A stretch of DNA of 64,000 nt from an uncultured Candidatus Saccharibacteria bacterium. GTDB taxonomy: Bacteria; Patescibacteriota; Dojkabacteria; B142; OLB20. Where the stretch lies: positions 156,671-220,670 of the forward strand of contig CAYWVD010000001.1 of assembly GCA_964461915.1 (NCBI GenBank). Direction: 5' to 3'. The notes below the pieces were generated by a model. The model saw only the letters and a list, made by a program, of their open reading frames with translations, was not told where the DNA came from and searched no databases. Position numbers and translations under genes: made by a program. Of this stretch, positions 56,025-64,000 are shown one piece after another. The number at the start of each line of letters is the position of its first letter. Position 1 is the first letter of the stretch.

Positions 56025-57973
56025 CGAATAAAAAAAATAAAAATTTAAAGGGATTTACATTGGTTGAGATTATGCTCGCCATAACACTTTTTGTAATGAT
56101 AATTTTTGTTGTTGCTAATTTCTCGATAGATTCATTGACTGGGAGTAGAAATGCTTCAATAAGAACAACTGCTGTAAGTAAAGTTAAAGAGATCCAAAAT
56201 GCAATTAATATTATTAAAAATGATAAGTGGAGTACTGTTGTTCTAAATACTGATGTAGGGCCTATGCATATTGAGTTCACTGATGGAACATATACTTTAG
56301 AAGCAGGAGAACTTGTTGAAAATGGTGTTACATATTCTATAAACATCAAATCAATTCAAAGAGATATCAATGGTGATATTGTTGAATCTGGGGGGACTGT
56401 TGATCCTCATACTAGATCAATCGAAATCAATGCGTCTTGGCAGGGCACAGGGGAAAATCCTATGCAAATTGATTCAGAATTCTTTGTAAACGATTGGAGC
56501 ACTTTAGAACTTCTTAGTACAACAAAATCCGATTTCGATTTGGGGACTTTCTTTCAAGCAAGATCGACTTCTGTTGCAGATGGTGAAATTTCATTACAAC
56601 AAATAATTTATCCCGATTGGTGTAAACCTGCATTGAGTCTTAATGAGTATGATATTCCAGGTGCGGCAACTGCTAAAACATTGTTTTCATATATTGGCGA
56701 AACATATTTAGGAACTGGTGGAAATTCTACTGGTGTAGCTTTTACAAAATTGACAATTGAAGGCATTGATAATCCGACTATAAATGTTGAAGGAGAATTT
56801 AATGGGTATTTAACTAATAATATTTTTGTTCTTGGTGATTATGCATTTTTAGGTACAACAAATGATTCTAAAGAAGTGGTCATTTTAGATATTTCTGCAA
56901 CTCCATATACTGAGGTGGGTTATTTTAATACTTCAAGGACTGATGATGCTAATTCAGTTTATGTGGTGGGTAATATTGGATATGTAGCTGCCGGCAAATA
57001 TGTTTATACTTTTGATGTTACTTCAAAAACAGGTTCAAGAACTGCTCTAGGGTCGATTAAAGTTTCCCTTAATCAAAATTGGGGGAAATTATCAGCAGTT
57101 AGTCAAATCGTCGTTAAAAATAATTATTTATTTGCCTCATTAGATGAGGATTGGTATGAATTAGCAATTGTTAATGTTGCAAATCCTGCAAGCATGAATA
57201 TTACTTCTCAAACTAGCGTAAATAATCAACAGACATTTGATATTTATGTTAGTGAAAATTCAAATCGAACTTATTTTGGTACCGGAAATTCTTCTAGTGA
57301 AAGAGAATTTTTTATTCTCGATACAACATCAAAATCCGGAGCAAGACCAATTATAGGAAGATATGATACAAACGGAATGAGCGTTAACGGAATTGCTATT
57401 ATCGAAAAAGATAAAAGGGCGGTACTAGTTGGTAAAAATGGAGAAGAATACCAGGCCGTGAATATTTCAAATGAGGCTTCACCAGTAAGATGTGGCGGAA
57501 TGCAACTAGATAGCGGCATTAATGATATTGATTCTGTTTCTGATGTCCAAACTAACTCTTTTTCCTACATTTTAACAGCCAATACAACGAAAGATTTTCT
57601 GGTATTAAGAGGGGGGCCTGGACTTGGTGGAGACGATCAAGGTTATGGGTATCCAACAAATGGTGAATTTGAATCTCGAGTATATGATACGGGGTCGGCT
57701 TCTACCTACTTTTATTTATTGGATGCTTATGGTTTAAAGCCAAGTGGCACAGATATAAAAATTCAGATTAGAACAGGCACGACTAGTGATCTTTCTTCGG
57801 AATCCTATCGAGGGCCAGATGGCACAACTGGAACATATTTTAATATAAATTCATCTAATCCTATGAGTACTTATTTTAATAATAAACAATATTTTCAATA
57901 TAAAGTGATACTTGAATCGGATACTATTTCAACTCCAAGATTAGATGAAATTAAATTAACTTATCAAAAATAA
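56021..57973 (+). CDS. large (650 aa) pilin-like protein with prepilin N-terminus
   Basis: KGFTLVEIMLAITLFVMIIFVV followed by a ~600 aa beta-rich domain. Possible tip or adhesin subunit. Confidence 0.6.
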   Translation: MTNKKNKNLKGFTLVEIMLAITLFVMIIFVVANFSIDSLTGSRNASIRTTAVSKVKEIQNAINIIKNDKWSTVVLNTDVGPMHIEFTDGTYTLEAGELVENGVTYSINIKSIQRDINGDIVESGGTVDPHTRSIEINASWQGTGENPMQIDSEFFVNDWSTLELLSTTKSDFDLGTFFQARSTSVADGEISLQQIIYPDWCKPALSLNEYDIPGAATAKTLFSYIGETYLGTGGNSTGVAFTKLTIEGIDNPTINVEGEFNGYLTNNIFVLGDYAFLGTTNDSKEVVILDISATPYTEVGYFNTSRTDDANSVYVVGNIGYVAAGKYVYTFDVTSKTGSRTALGSIKVSLNQNWGKLSAVSQIVVKNNYLFASLDEDWYELAIVNVANPASMNITSQTSVNNQQTFDIYVSENSNRTYFGTGNSSSEREFFILDTTSKSGARPIIGRYDTNGMSVNGIAIIEKDKRAVLVGKNGEEYQAVNISNEASPVRCGGMQLDSGINDIDSVSDVQTNSFSYILTANTTKDFLVLRGGPGLGGDDQGYGYPTNGEFESRVYDTGSASTYFYLLDAYGLKPSGTDIKIQIRTGTTSDLSSESYRGPDGTTGTYFNINSSNPMSTYFNNKQYFQYKVILESDTISTPRLDEIKLTYQK

Positions 57974-58458
57974 TGCAAAAGAAGAGCTTTAAAGCAATGT
58001 CTTTAATAGAAGTGGTTGTTTACCTCGCATTATTTGGTGTGATTTTTTTATTAATTATTCAATTTGTTATCGATACTAATAAAAACAATAATTTTGCCAG
58101 GCACAGGAATATTATTGAGAAAACAAGCCTTTTTGTATTAAGACAGCTTGATCTGAATGTTAAGCCGGGTATAGTTCTAAATGAAACTGAATCTGTTTTT
58201 GATTCTAACCAAGGGAAACTTGTTTTCTCAAAAGATTCAATTGTTTACCAATACTACATTCAAAATGATAGACTCTTTTTTAATGAGGGAACTAATAATA
58301 GCGAAATGCTTGATCCTAATATGAAAATTAATGCTTTTTTAATTGAAAAGGTGATTAATAATGACCAGACAGTTGGACTTCGAATTACTTTGGAGTTGGA
58401 ATCCATTTCTCTGGATACTGTTAACAAAAATGTAACTACAATGTATTTGATTAAATAG
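57973..58458 (+). CDS. prepilin-type minor pilin
   Basis: KAMSLIEVVVYLALFGVIFLLI. Confidence 0.6.
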   Translation: MQKKSFKAMSLIEVVVYLALFGVIFLLIIQFVIDTNKNNNFARHRNIIEKTSLFVLRQLDLNVKPGIVLNETESVFDSNQGKLVFSKDSIVYQYYIQNDRLFFNEGTNNSEMLDPNMKINAFLIEKVINNDQTVGLRITLELESISLDTVNKNVTTMYLIK

Positions 58459-58460
58459 AC

Positions 58461-58838
58461 ATGAGAACATTCAAAGCCAATATTAGTTTAACTTTGGTAT
58501 TAATTACTGGAGCAGTGTTATTAGTTAGCGGTTTAACACTTTTATATGTTTCGATGGATTCCGCAAGGATATCAAGGGATAGCTATAATTATAATCTGGC
58601 CATAATTAATTCAAAAAGTTGCTTTGAAGAAGCTTTGCATCAAATCAAATTAGATAGTTCATATACAGGCACTTTAGAATTAACTTTTGACATGGGAACT
58701 TGCTCGGTAATAACTTCAAATGATCCAATGAATCCAAATTATAAAATATTAGCAATAGAATCTGATGTAAATGGATATACAAAACAGGTTACAAATACTG
58801 TAGATATTTCTACTTCACCATATTCCACAATAAATTAG
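58461..58838 (+). CDS. pilin-like small protein (PilX-like, hypothetical)
   Basis: Hydrophobic N-terminal helix without the canonical G-F-T-L-E motif. Last gene of the pilus operon. Confidence 0.35.
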   Translation: MRTFKANISLTLVLITGAVLLVSGLTLLYVSMDSARISRDSYNYNLAIINSKSCFEEALHQIKLDSSYTGTLELTFDMGTCSVITSNDPMNPNYKILAIESDVNGYTKQVTNTVDISTSPYSTIN

Positions 58839-58865
58839 GTATCAATCGGGATCGCCTTAAAGAGA

Positions 58866-60263
58866 CTAAAAGAGATTCTTTTCCAAAATATACTTTAATA
58901 GATATTCATCATTAGATTCCGTATATTTTCGATTAAAAAGTTCAGTGGCATAATCAATTCCAATATATCTAATATGCCAAAGTTCCGTATTGTAGCCGGT
59001 TCTATCTTTTTTACCTTCCGGATAAGAAATTACAAAGCCATATTTATGAGCATTATTTTTTAGGAAGTTATACATCTTTATATTTGCGGGTGAATTGTCA
59101 AAATTCCCGCAAGTAGAGCATTTTAAATCGACAGTTGTTCCCAATTGGTGTTCAGATTGACCCGCCTTAGCTGAATAATTATTGGCATTTGCATAAGCTT
59201 GTTGCTTTGATGCTCCATTAATAACTTCTCTTTGAACCCAATACAGGAATGTGCTTTGTTGTGTTGAATACGATCTGAAAGCTGAAATTATTGTAATATT
59301 AATACCTTCTTTTTTAGCATCATTTATTAATAATTTAAGATTATCAACAGTAGTAGATGTTAATTCGCCACCTCCATTAAGGCCTGTAGCTTTTACATTC
59401 GGATAATAATTGCTTGGTAGAGAAAATTGTTTTGATGCTGGAGCAAGCGAACAGTCAGAACAATCCAAATTCAAAGAAAGACCTTTTGATTTAGCCGTAT
59501 TATTAATTAATAAATTTAACTCGGAAATTGAAAATTTAATTTTGTCTAATAGTAAGTCATAATATATATTTACATTATTTGATTTTCCTATTAAATATAC
59601 ATTGGTGTCTACAGGATTGATGGAGTCTGCTTTTTTAAAATCATTTAATTTTGATTCCTTGAGTAAATTTCGTCCAGTCTCTAGTATTTTTGTATTTTGG
59701 GTAGCAACATTTGAGGGGAAGTAAATTGATTCGGTAGAAAGTTCTGACCATTTGTTTTTTAGTAAATTCATGAAAGCATCATTAGATAAAGTGCCTGTTA
59801 TTGTGGTTTTAAAAGGTTCAGCTGTAGTTTCTATATCAAAAACACATTCAAATGTAGTATTAGTATTTGTGAGTTTTAAGGGTATGCTAACTACTTTTTT
59901 ATTGGTTTTTTGATCTTCAAGATTTTGGATCTCAACGCCAAAAGGCAATTCCATAGAATCTATAGTTACTTCAGGAATAGTAACCTTTATTTCTCCGTTT
60001 AACTCAATTGAATGAATTATATTAAATGGGTTAATAGGTGTATTAATGGAATTTAGAATATTCTCGATTTGTTCAGTATTATCTGTGGAATTGATCTTTG
60101 AATAGGATTTTGATTCCAACCATTTATTTAAAGAATCTAAATCACAATTTTTTGAAAGATTATCTGTAAAAGTATTTTGAGTATTAACAAAATCTAAGAA
60201 GATAAGAAAAGATGAGCCAATAAGGATAATCGGGACTAAAACTATTAATAATAATTTTTTCAT
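58866..60263 (-). CDS. membrane-anchored peptidase M15B (VanY-like D-Ala-D-Ala carboxypeptidase) with large N-terminal domain
   Basis: C-terminal motifs SAFRSYSTQ, SEHQLGTTVDL and ELWHIRYIG (SxYRSyxxQ / SEHqxGxAvDl / EpWHxRYvG). Confidence 0.75.
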   Translation of the reverse strand: MKKLLLIVLVPIILIGSSFLIFLDFVNTQNTFTDNLSKNCDLDSLNKWLESKSYSKINSTDNTEQIENILNSINTPINPFNIIHSIELNGEIKVTIPEVTIDSMELPFGVEIQNLEDQKTNKKVVSIPLKLTNTNTTFECVFDIETTAEPFKTTITGTLSNDAFMNLLKNKWSELSTESIYFPSNVATQNTKILETGRNLLKESKLNDFKKADSINPVDTNVYLIGKSNNVNIYYDLLLDKIKFSISELNLLINNTAKSKGLSLNLDCSDCSLAPASKQFSLPSNYYPNVKATGLNGGGELTSTTVDNLKLLINDAKKEGINITIISAFRSYSTQQSTFLYWVQREVINGASKQQAYANANNYSAKAGQSEHQLGTTVDLKCSTCGNFDNSPANIKMYNFLKNNAHKYGFVISYPEGKKDRTGYNTELWHIRYIGIDYATELFNRKYTESNDEYLLKYILEKNLF

Positions 60264-60269
60264 AATGGA

Positions 60270-63200
60270 TTATAGTATCTGAGAATAGATTTTCTCAAGG
60301 TATTCGCGAACCATTCTATCAGTTGAGAAGTCTTTTAGTGCCATCTGCATTGAATTCAACATCATATCTAACCAATCAGAATTATATTCCCCCTCATTAA
60401 TATTATAATAAAGAGGTAGTATCTCATTTTCTAAAATCTCGTACATTTTTTGAGCAGAATCATCTTCTGGGATTTCCCAACCGATTTTGTACCAATTTAC
60501 TTCATCTGTCCAACCATCTCTAGTAGTAAACTGAATAAGTCCATTGGCGGCTGCTTTCATTCCGCTAGTACCAGATGCTTCCTCATAACGATAAGGTGTA
60601 TTTAACCAAATATCAGCGCCACTTACCATTCTTCTTGCGAGTTGCCAATTATATCCGGGAATAATTTCAATTTTATTATGAAATTCTTCTGAAGCAAAGC
60701 ACTGGTTCATTCTTTTTAGAATTTCCTTGCCAATATTATCTTTAGGATGAGATTTCCCGGCAATTAGAATCTGAATAGGTCTTGATGAATTGTTAATTAT
60801 TCTTTTTAGTCTTTCAATATCAGTAATGAGTAGGTCGGGTCGTTTATAAGCAGCCAGTCTTCGCGACCATGCGATAGTTAAAACATCATCTCTAAGATTT
60901 AATCCTAGTTCGGTATTTAGTGAATGAATTAGTTTTTGCTTACGAATTTTATGAGCATTCCAAAGTCTAGCTTTAGGAATCTTTTTAATATTTTCATAAT
61001 TTACGAAAGGACAACCTAAATGCCAGTTTTCACCTAAAAATTCATCATAAAGTTCATGAATTTCAGTACTAACCCAAGTAGGCATATGAACTCCATTAGT
61101 TACAGGAACTAAATTGTATTGAGGCCAAATCTTTTTTGCAGCGACAGAATGAATTTTACTAACTGCATTTGAAACTTTAGCATTTCTCATCCCGAAAATG
61201 GTCATCGAAAAACCTCCAGATGAATAAGTTTTATCGTCTCCAAGTTCAAAAAGTTTAGCAATATCTACTCCAAGTTCTTTAGCTGTTGAACTAAGATATT
61301 TTTCAAATAATAAAAAGTCGAAAATGTCATTACCAGCTTGCTTTAGTGTGTGGTTTGTAAATACAAGCTTATCTTGGGCCTTTTTAAGTGCTGTTTCAAA
61401 ATCTAACTTTTCATCATGCATTAATGATAATGTGTATTCAAAGATGATAAAACCAGAATGGCCTTCGTTCATATGCAAAATTGAAGGATTAATATTTAAA
61501 GCATGCATCAAACGCATACCGCCATAGGCTAAAACCAATTCTTGTCTTATTCGATTTTCTATATCGCCACCATATAAATAACCAGTGATAAGTCGATCTT
61601 CCCATTCTTCATTATCCTCGAAATTTGTATCCAACAAGTAGAGATTGTTCATGCCTACTCTTTGTTTCCAAGCTCGAACCTTTACGATATGGTCAAACAG
61701 CAGTACAGGAATCGTAAGCTGTGTTCCATCGGGATTTTTTACAAGCTCAAGATTAAAATCCATTGGATCCTGATGGATATAGTCTTCAATTTGTTTTCCA
61801 TCCGGAGAAAAGTCTTGATGAAGATAACCTTGATGATAAAAAAGACCAATTGCAACTAAAGGTATTCCGTAATCTGATGTTTGTTTTACAAAATCACCGG
61901 CAAGTATTCCCAAGCCACCTGAATAAATTTGCATCCAGTCTATTAGACCGAATTCCATGCAGAAATACGCAATAGGATTTTCGATTAATTTCTCGAATTT
62001 TTGATTTTTATTAACAAAATTTTCAAAAAAGCAGGTTCGTTTGAAATAGTTATAATAAAGCCTGAGGCTTTGTTCTAATTCCCATTGTTTACTTTCTAAA
62101 ATTTGATTGAGTTTTTCTTTTCCATAATTAGCAATGATTGCCTCTGGCGGAATGTTTTTTCTCCAACCATCACCATACATGTCAATTATTGGCAAAATAT
62201 AATGAGGATTCCAGGTAAACCACAAGTTATTAAGTAATGTTTCAAATTTATCACGATTAGAAGATGTCAAAATCTCTACATCGACTTCTTCGTGTTGAGC
62301 TCCAATAAAAACACCGAAATTTAATAATTTCGAGTAGATTTTGTTTTCGATCTCATGTAAAAGAATATCGCCCTGAGCTTCAATATAAACTTGAATAAAA
62401 TGTTTTCTGTATAAAGAACAATATATTGCAAAGCCTTCTTGAGTCAAAGTGATACCGTCTTTAGTATCGGGAGTGGCATCGGGGAAAATATCCATCAATG
62501 CATAAGTAATATCATCCCAGCTTACAAATTCATTCAATAAGAAATTGTTTTGCCAAGACAATGAGGTCGATAGGTTTAAATTTGAAATCTCTTGAGAAAG
62601 TTTATTATTAGTTTCATTTAACAACTCTAGGATTAAGAAAAGTGTATAGATAGGACTGCTTGAAAAATTGCAGTCACTATAATAATAAGTGCCATTCGAT
62701 TCTGAAGCATATTTAAGTTCTAAATCTCTCAGGCTCCTATTAATAAGTTTAAAACTTGAGGATAATTTTATTCCAACCAGTCCAAATTCTTCTGTTTTTT
62801 TATTGAGTCCTATGGATTGTTTAAGATCAAATCCGACCTTAGAACCTGGATATTTTTTGCTAATTATTTTTAATAAAAGCGCAGATAAATGATTAGGATT
62901 AATTATGATTCCAGTTTCATCAATAAATACTAAACTGTTCCCATCTTGATCAAGACTTATTGCTAGGTCTGCTTTTTCTTCTCTAAGTTTTTCAATTAAT
63001 TTTAAACTGTTATTGGGTACTAAGGGGTTTGGTATATGGTGAGGGAATTGTTCGTTAGGTTCAGTATTTATAGTAATTACATTTACCTTTGTAAACTGTG
63101 ACAAGAATTTTTTAAAAATTATTCCACCAAGTCCATTACCTCCGTCAATGACTATTTTGAAATTTTTCCAATTATTCGGATCGAAAAATTTCATTATGTG

Positions 63201-63680
63201 TAAGAAGTAATCTTTTTCGAGATTTAGTTTGTGATAGAAAAGATTAGAAACTTCATCATTTGGATTGTAATCGGCAACTTCAGAAGCAATTAGAGATTTT
63301 AAAGACTCATATTCAATTTCAAAATTATCTCTTTTGAAAATTTTAAATCCAGACCAGCTGGCATCTCCATGTTGAGGAGAAATAAAAATAGCTGCATCAT
63401 ATAAACCGAGAGTATTTTGGAATTGGAAAATATCGTAGCTGATTTCACCAGCATAATAGATCTCTTTATGTAAGTGTGAAGCTGCAAGGCAAATGATGTT
63501 AAATAATTCTTTTGAATAGTTTCGGAAATCAGTTCCGATAAGGAATTTATCGCCGGGGATAGTTTTTGAAATGGCATAAAATAACTTATAAGCAAAGCTC
63601 TTTGTTATTTGTGTTCGAGCAATACCTTTAATGCCATCGGCATAGAAAATATCCTGTTTTTTTAAATCGGGCAGTGACAT
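60270..63680 (-). CDS. fusion: phosphoglucomutase/phosphomannomutase-like N-domain (~520 aa) + GT35 alpha-glucan (maltodextrin/glycogen) phosphorylase (~600 aa)
   Basis: N-terminal region has DGIKGIA, FISPQHGDASWSGFKIF (compare TASHNPaeyNGiKff) and SLDQDGNSLVFIDETG (compare DGDGDR metal loop). C-terminal region has FCMEFGL...YSGGLGILAGDFVKQ and the PLP-site EASGTSGMKAAANG. Confidence 0.75.
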   Translation of the reverse strand: MSLPDLKKQDIFYADGIKGIARTQITKSFAYKLFYAISKTIPGDKFLIGTDFRNYSKELFNIICLAASHLHKEIYYAGEISYDIFQFQNTLGLYDAAIFISPQHGDASWSGFKIFKRDNFEIEYESLKSLIASEVADYNPNDEVSNLFYHKLNLEKDYFLHIMKFFDPNNWKNFKIVIDGGNGLGGIIFKKFLSQFTKVNVITINTEPNEQFPHHIPNPLVPNNSLKLIEKLREEKADLAISLDQDGNSLVFIDETGIIINPNHLSALLLKIISKKYPGSKVGFDLKQSIGLNKKTEEFGLVGIKLSSSFKLINRSLRDLELKYASESNGTYYYSDCNFSSSPIYTLFLILELLNETNNKLSQEISNLNLSTSLSWQNNFLLNEFVSWDDITYALMDIFPDATPDTKDGITLTQEGFAIYCSLYRKHFIQVYIEAQGDILLHEIENKIYSKLLNFGVFIGAQHEEVDVEILTSSNRDKFETLLNNLWFTWNPHYILPIIDMYGDGWRKNIPPEAIIANYGKEKLNQILESKQWELEQSLRLYYNYFKRTCFFENFVNKNQKFEKLIENPIAYFCMEFGLIDWMQIYSGGLGILAGDFVKQTSDYGIPLVAIGLFYHQGYLHQDFSPDGKQIEDYIHQDPMDFNLELVKNPDGTQLTIPVLLFDHIVKVRAWKQRVGMNNLYLLDTNFEDNEEWEDRLITGYLYGGDIENRIRQELVLAYGGMRLMHALNINPSILHMNEGHSGFIIFEYTLSLMHDEKLDFETALKKAQDKLVFTNHTLKQAGNDIFDFLLFEKYLSSTAKELGVDIAKLFELGDDKTYSSGGFSMTIFGMRNAKVSNAVSKIHSVAAKKIWPQYNLVPVTNGVHMPTWVSTEIHELYDEFLGENWHLGCPFVNYENIKKIPKARLWNAHKIRKQKLIHSLNTELGLNLRDDVLTIAWSRRLAAYKRPDLLITDIERLKRIINNSSRPIQILIAGKSHPKDNIGKEILKRMNQCFASEEFHNKIEIIPGYNWQLARRMVSGADIWLNTPYRYEEASGTSGMKAAANGLIQFTTRDGWTDEVNWYKIGWEIPEDDSAQKMYEILENEILPLYYNINEGEYNSDWLDMMLNSMQMALKDFSTDRMVREYLEKIYSQIL

Positions 63681-63808
63681 AAATTCGAATTTATACTCAA
63701 ATCTATATTACAATTTAGGCTTAACGAGTGCAATTAAAAAATTTTGCTCGAAAGCTTAATACCTAATTAATATAATAAACTTATTCCCAAGTTTTTAAAA
63801 AGCTATAT

Positions 63809-64000
63809 ATGTCCAACAAAAACTATGATGTTTTGGTTCTAGGAGCGGGTCCTGCAGGAATATTTGCTACTTTAGAATTATTAAAGCAATCTAAAAATAA
63901 TCTTAAGATTGGTTTAATTGATATGGGTAAAAGGATTGAAAATAGAGCGCCACACGAAGTGATGATGGGGTTTGGAGGAGCAGGTACATATTCTGATGGA
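63809..64000 (+). CDS. FAD-dependent oxidoreductase (N-terminal part; 3' end outside window)
   Basis: YDVLVLGAGPAGIFATLEL Rossmann FAD motif. Truncated by the window end. Confidence 0.6.
   Translation, partial: MSNKNYDVLVLGAGPAGIFATLELLKQSKNNLKIGLIDMGKRIENRAPHEVMMGFGGAGTYSDG

Noticed and set aside
1-64000. Alternative genetic code (UGA recoding as in Gracilibacteria/Absconditabacteria) or CRISPR arrays
   Set aside because: All conserved genes (rpoA, secY, sufB, pilB and others) read through intact with the standard code, and stops are mainly TAA. No regularly spaced direct repeats typical of CRISPR were seen anywhere in the window.

Overview
This is a low-GC (about one-third G+C), gene-dense, standard-code bacterial window whose features suggest a reduced Candidate Phyla Radiation (Patescibacteria)-like genome. 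Coordinates 1-8107 hold the conserved ribosomal-protein/secY/rpoA cluster (rpsH' through rplO, secY, infA, rpmJ, then rpsM through rpsI). It lacks rpmD, adk and map. The ORF track missed rpmJ, which is recovered by hand. Downstream are a tandem-fused ThyX, an MFS transporter, an HI0933 flavoprotein, LemA/DUF2207, divergent SecD/SecF, a GNAT and a minus-strand sufC-sufB-mini-sufD-sufS operon. Next comes an archaeal-type AspRS with a C-terminal YbaK/ProX deacylase domain fused to it. A tightly coupled plus-strand operon (23857-32507) encodes a PEGA protein, a 1055-aa dead-epimerase/DUF4012-like membrane protein, GreA, a PrgI(VirB3)-like protein and a split VirB4 ATPase. This is a minimal T4SS-like module. 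rnpB (RNase P RNA) follows at 32519-32843. The rest of the window contains a CIRCE-like element upstream of hsp20 and a membrane-anchored protein with an archaeal-type CMP-kinase-like cytoplasmic domain. It also has a thiol-redox island (DUF5320/DUF134/ArsR/Trx/CcdA/peroxiredoxin) with palindromic operator candidates. tRNA-Pro(CGG) is present. An SOS-type island follows (PEBP, SRAP, divergent umuD/umuC), then a type IV pilus cluster (pilin, PilB, PilC, minor pilins, a 650-aa pilin-like protein). The window ends with a VanY-like peptidase and a 1136-aa phosphoglucomutase-like/alpha-glucan phosphorylase fusion. No CRISPR array, transposase or integrase was seen.
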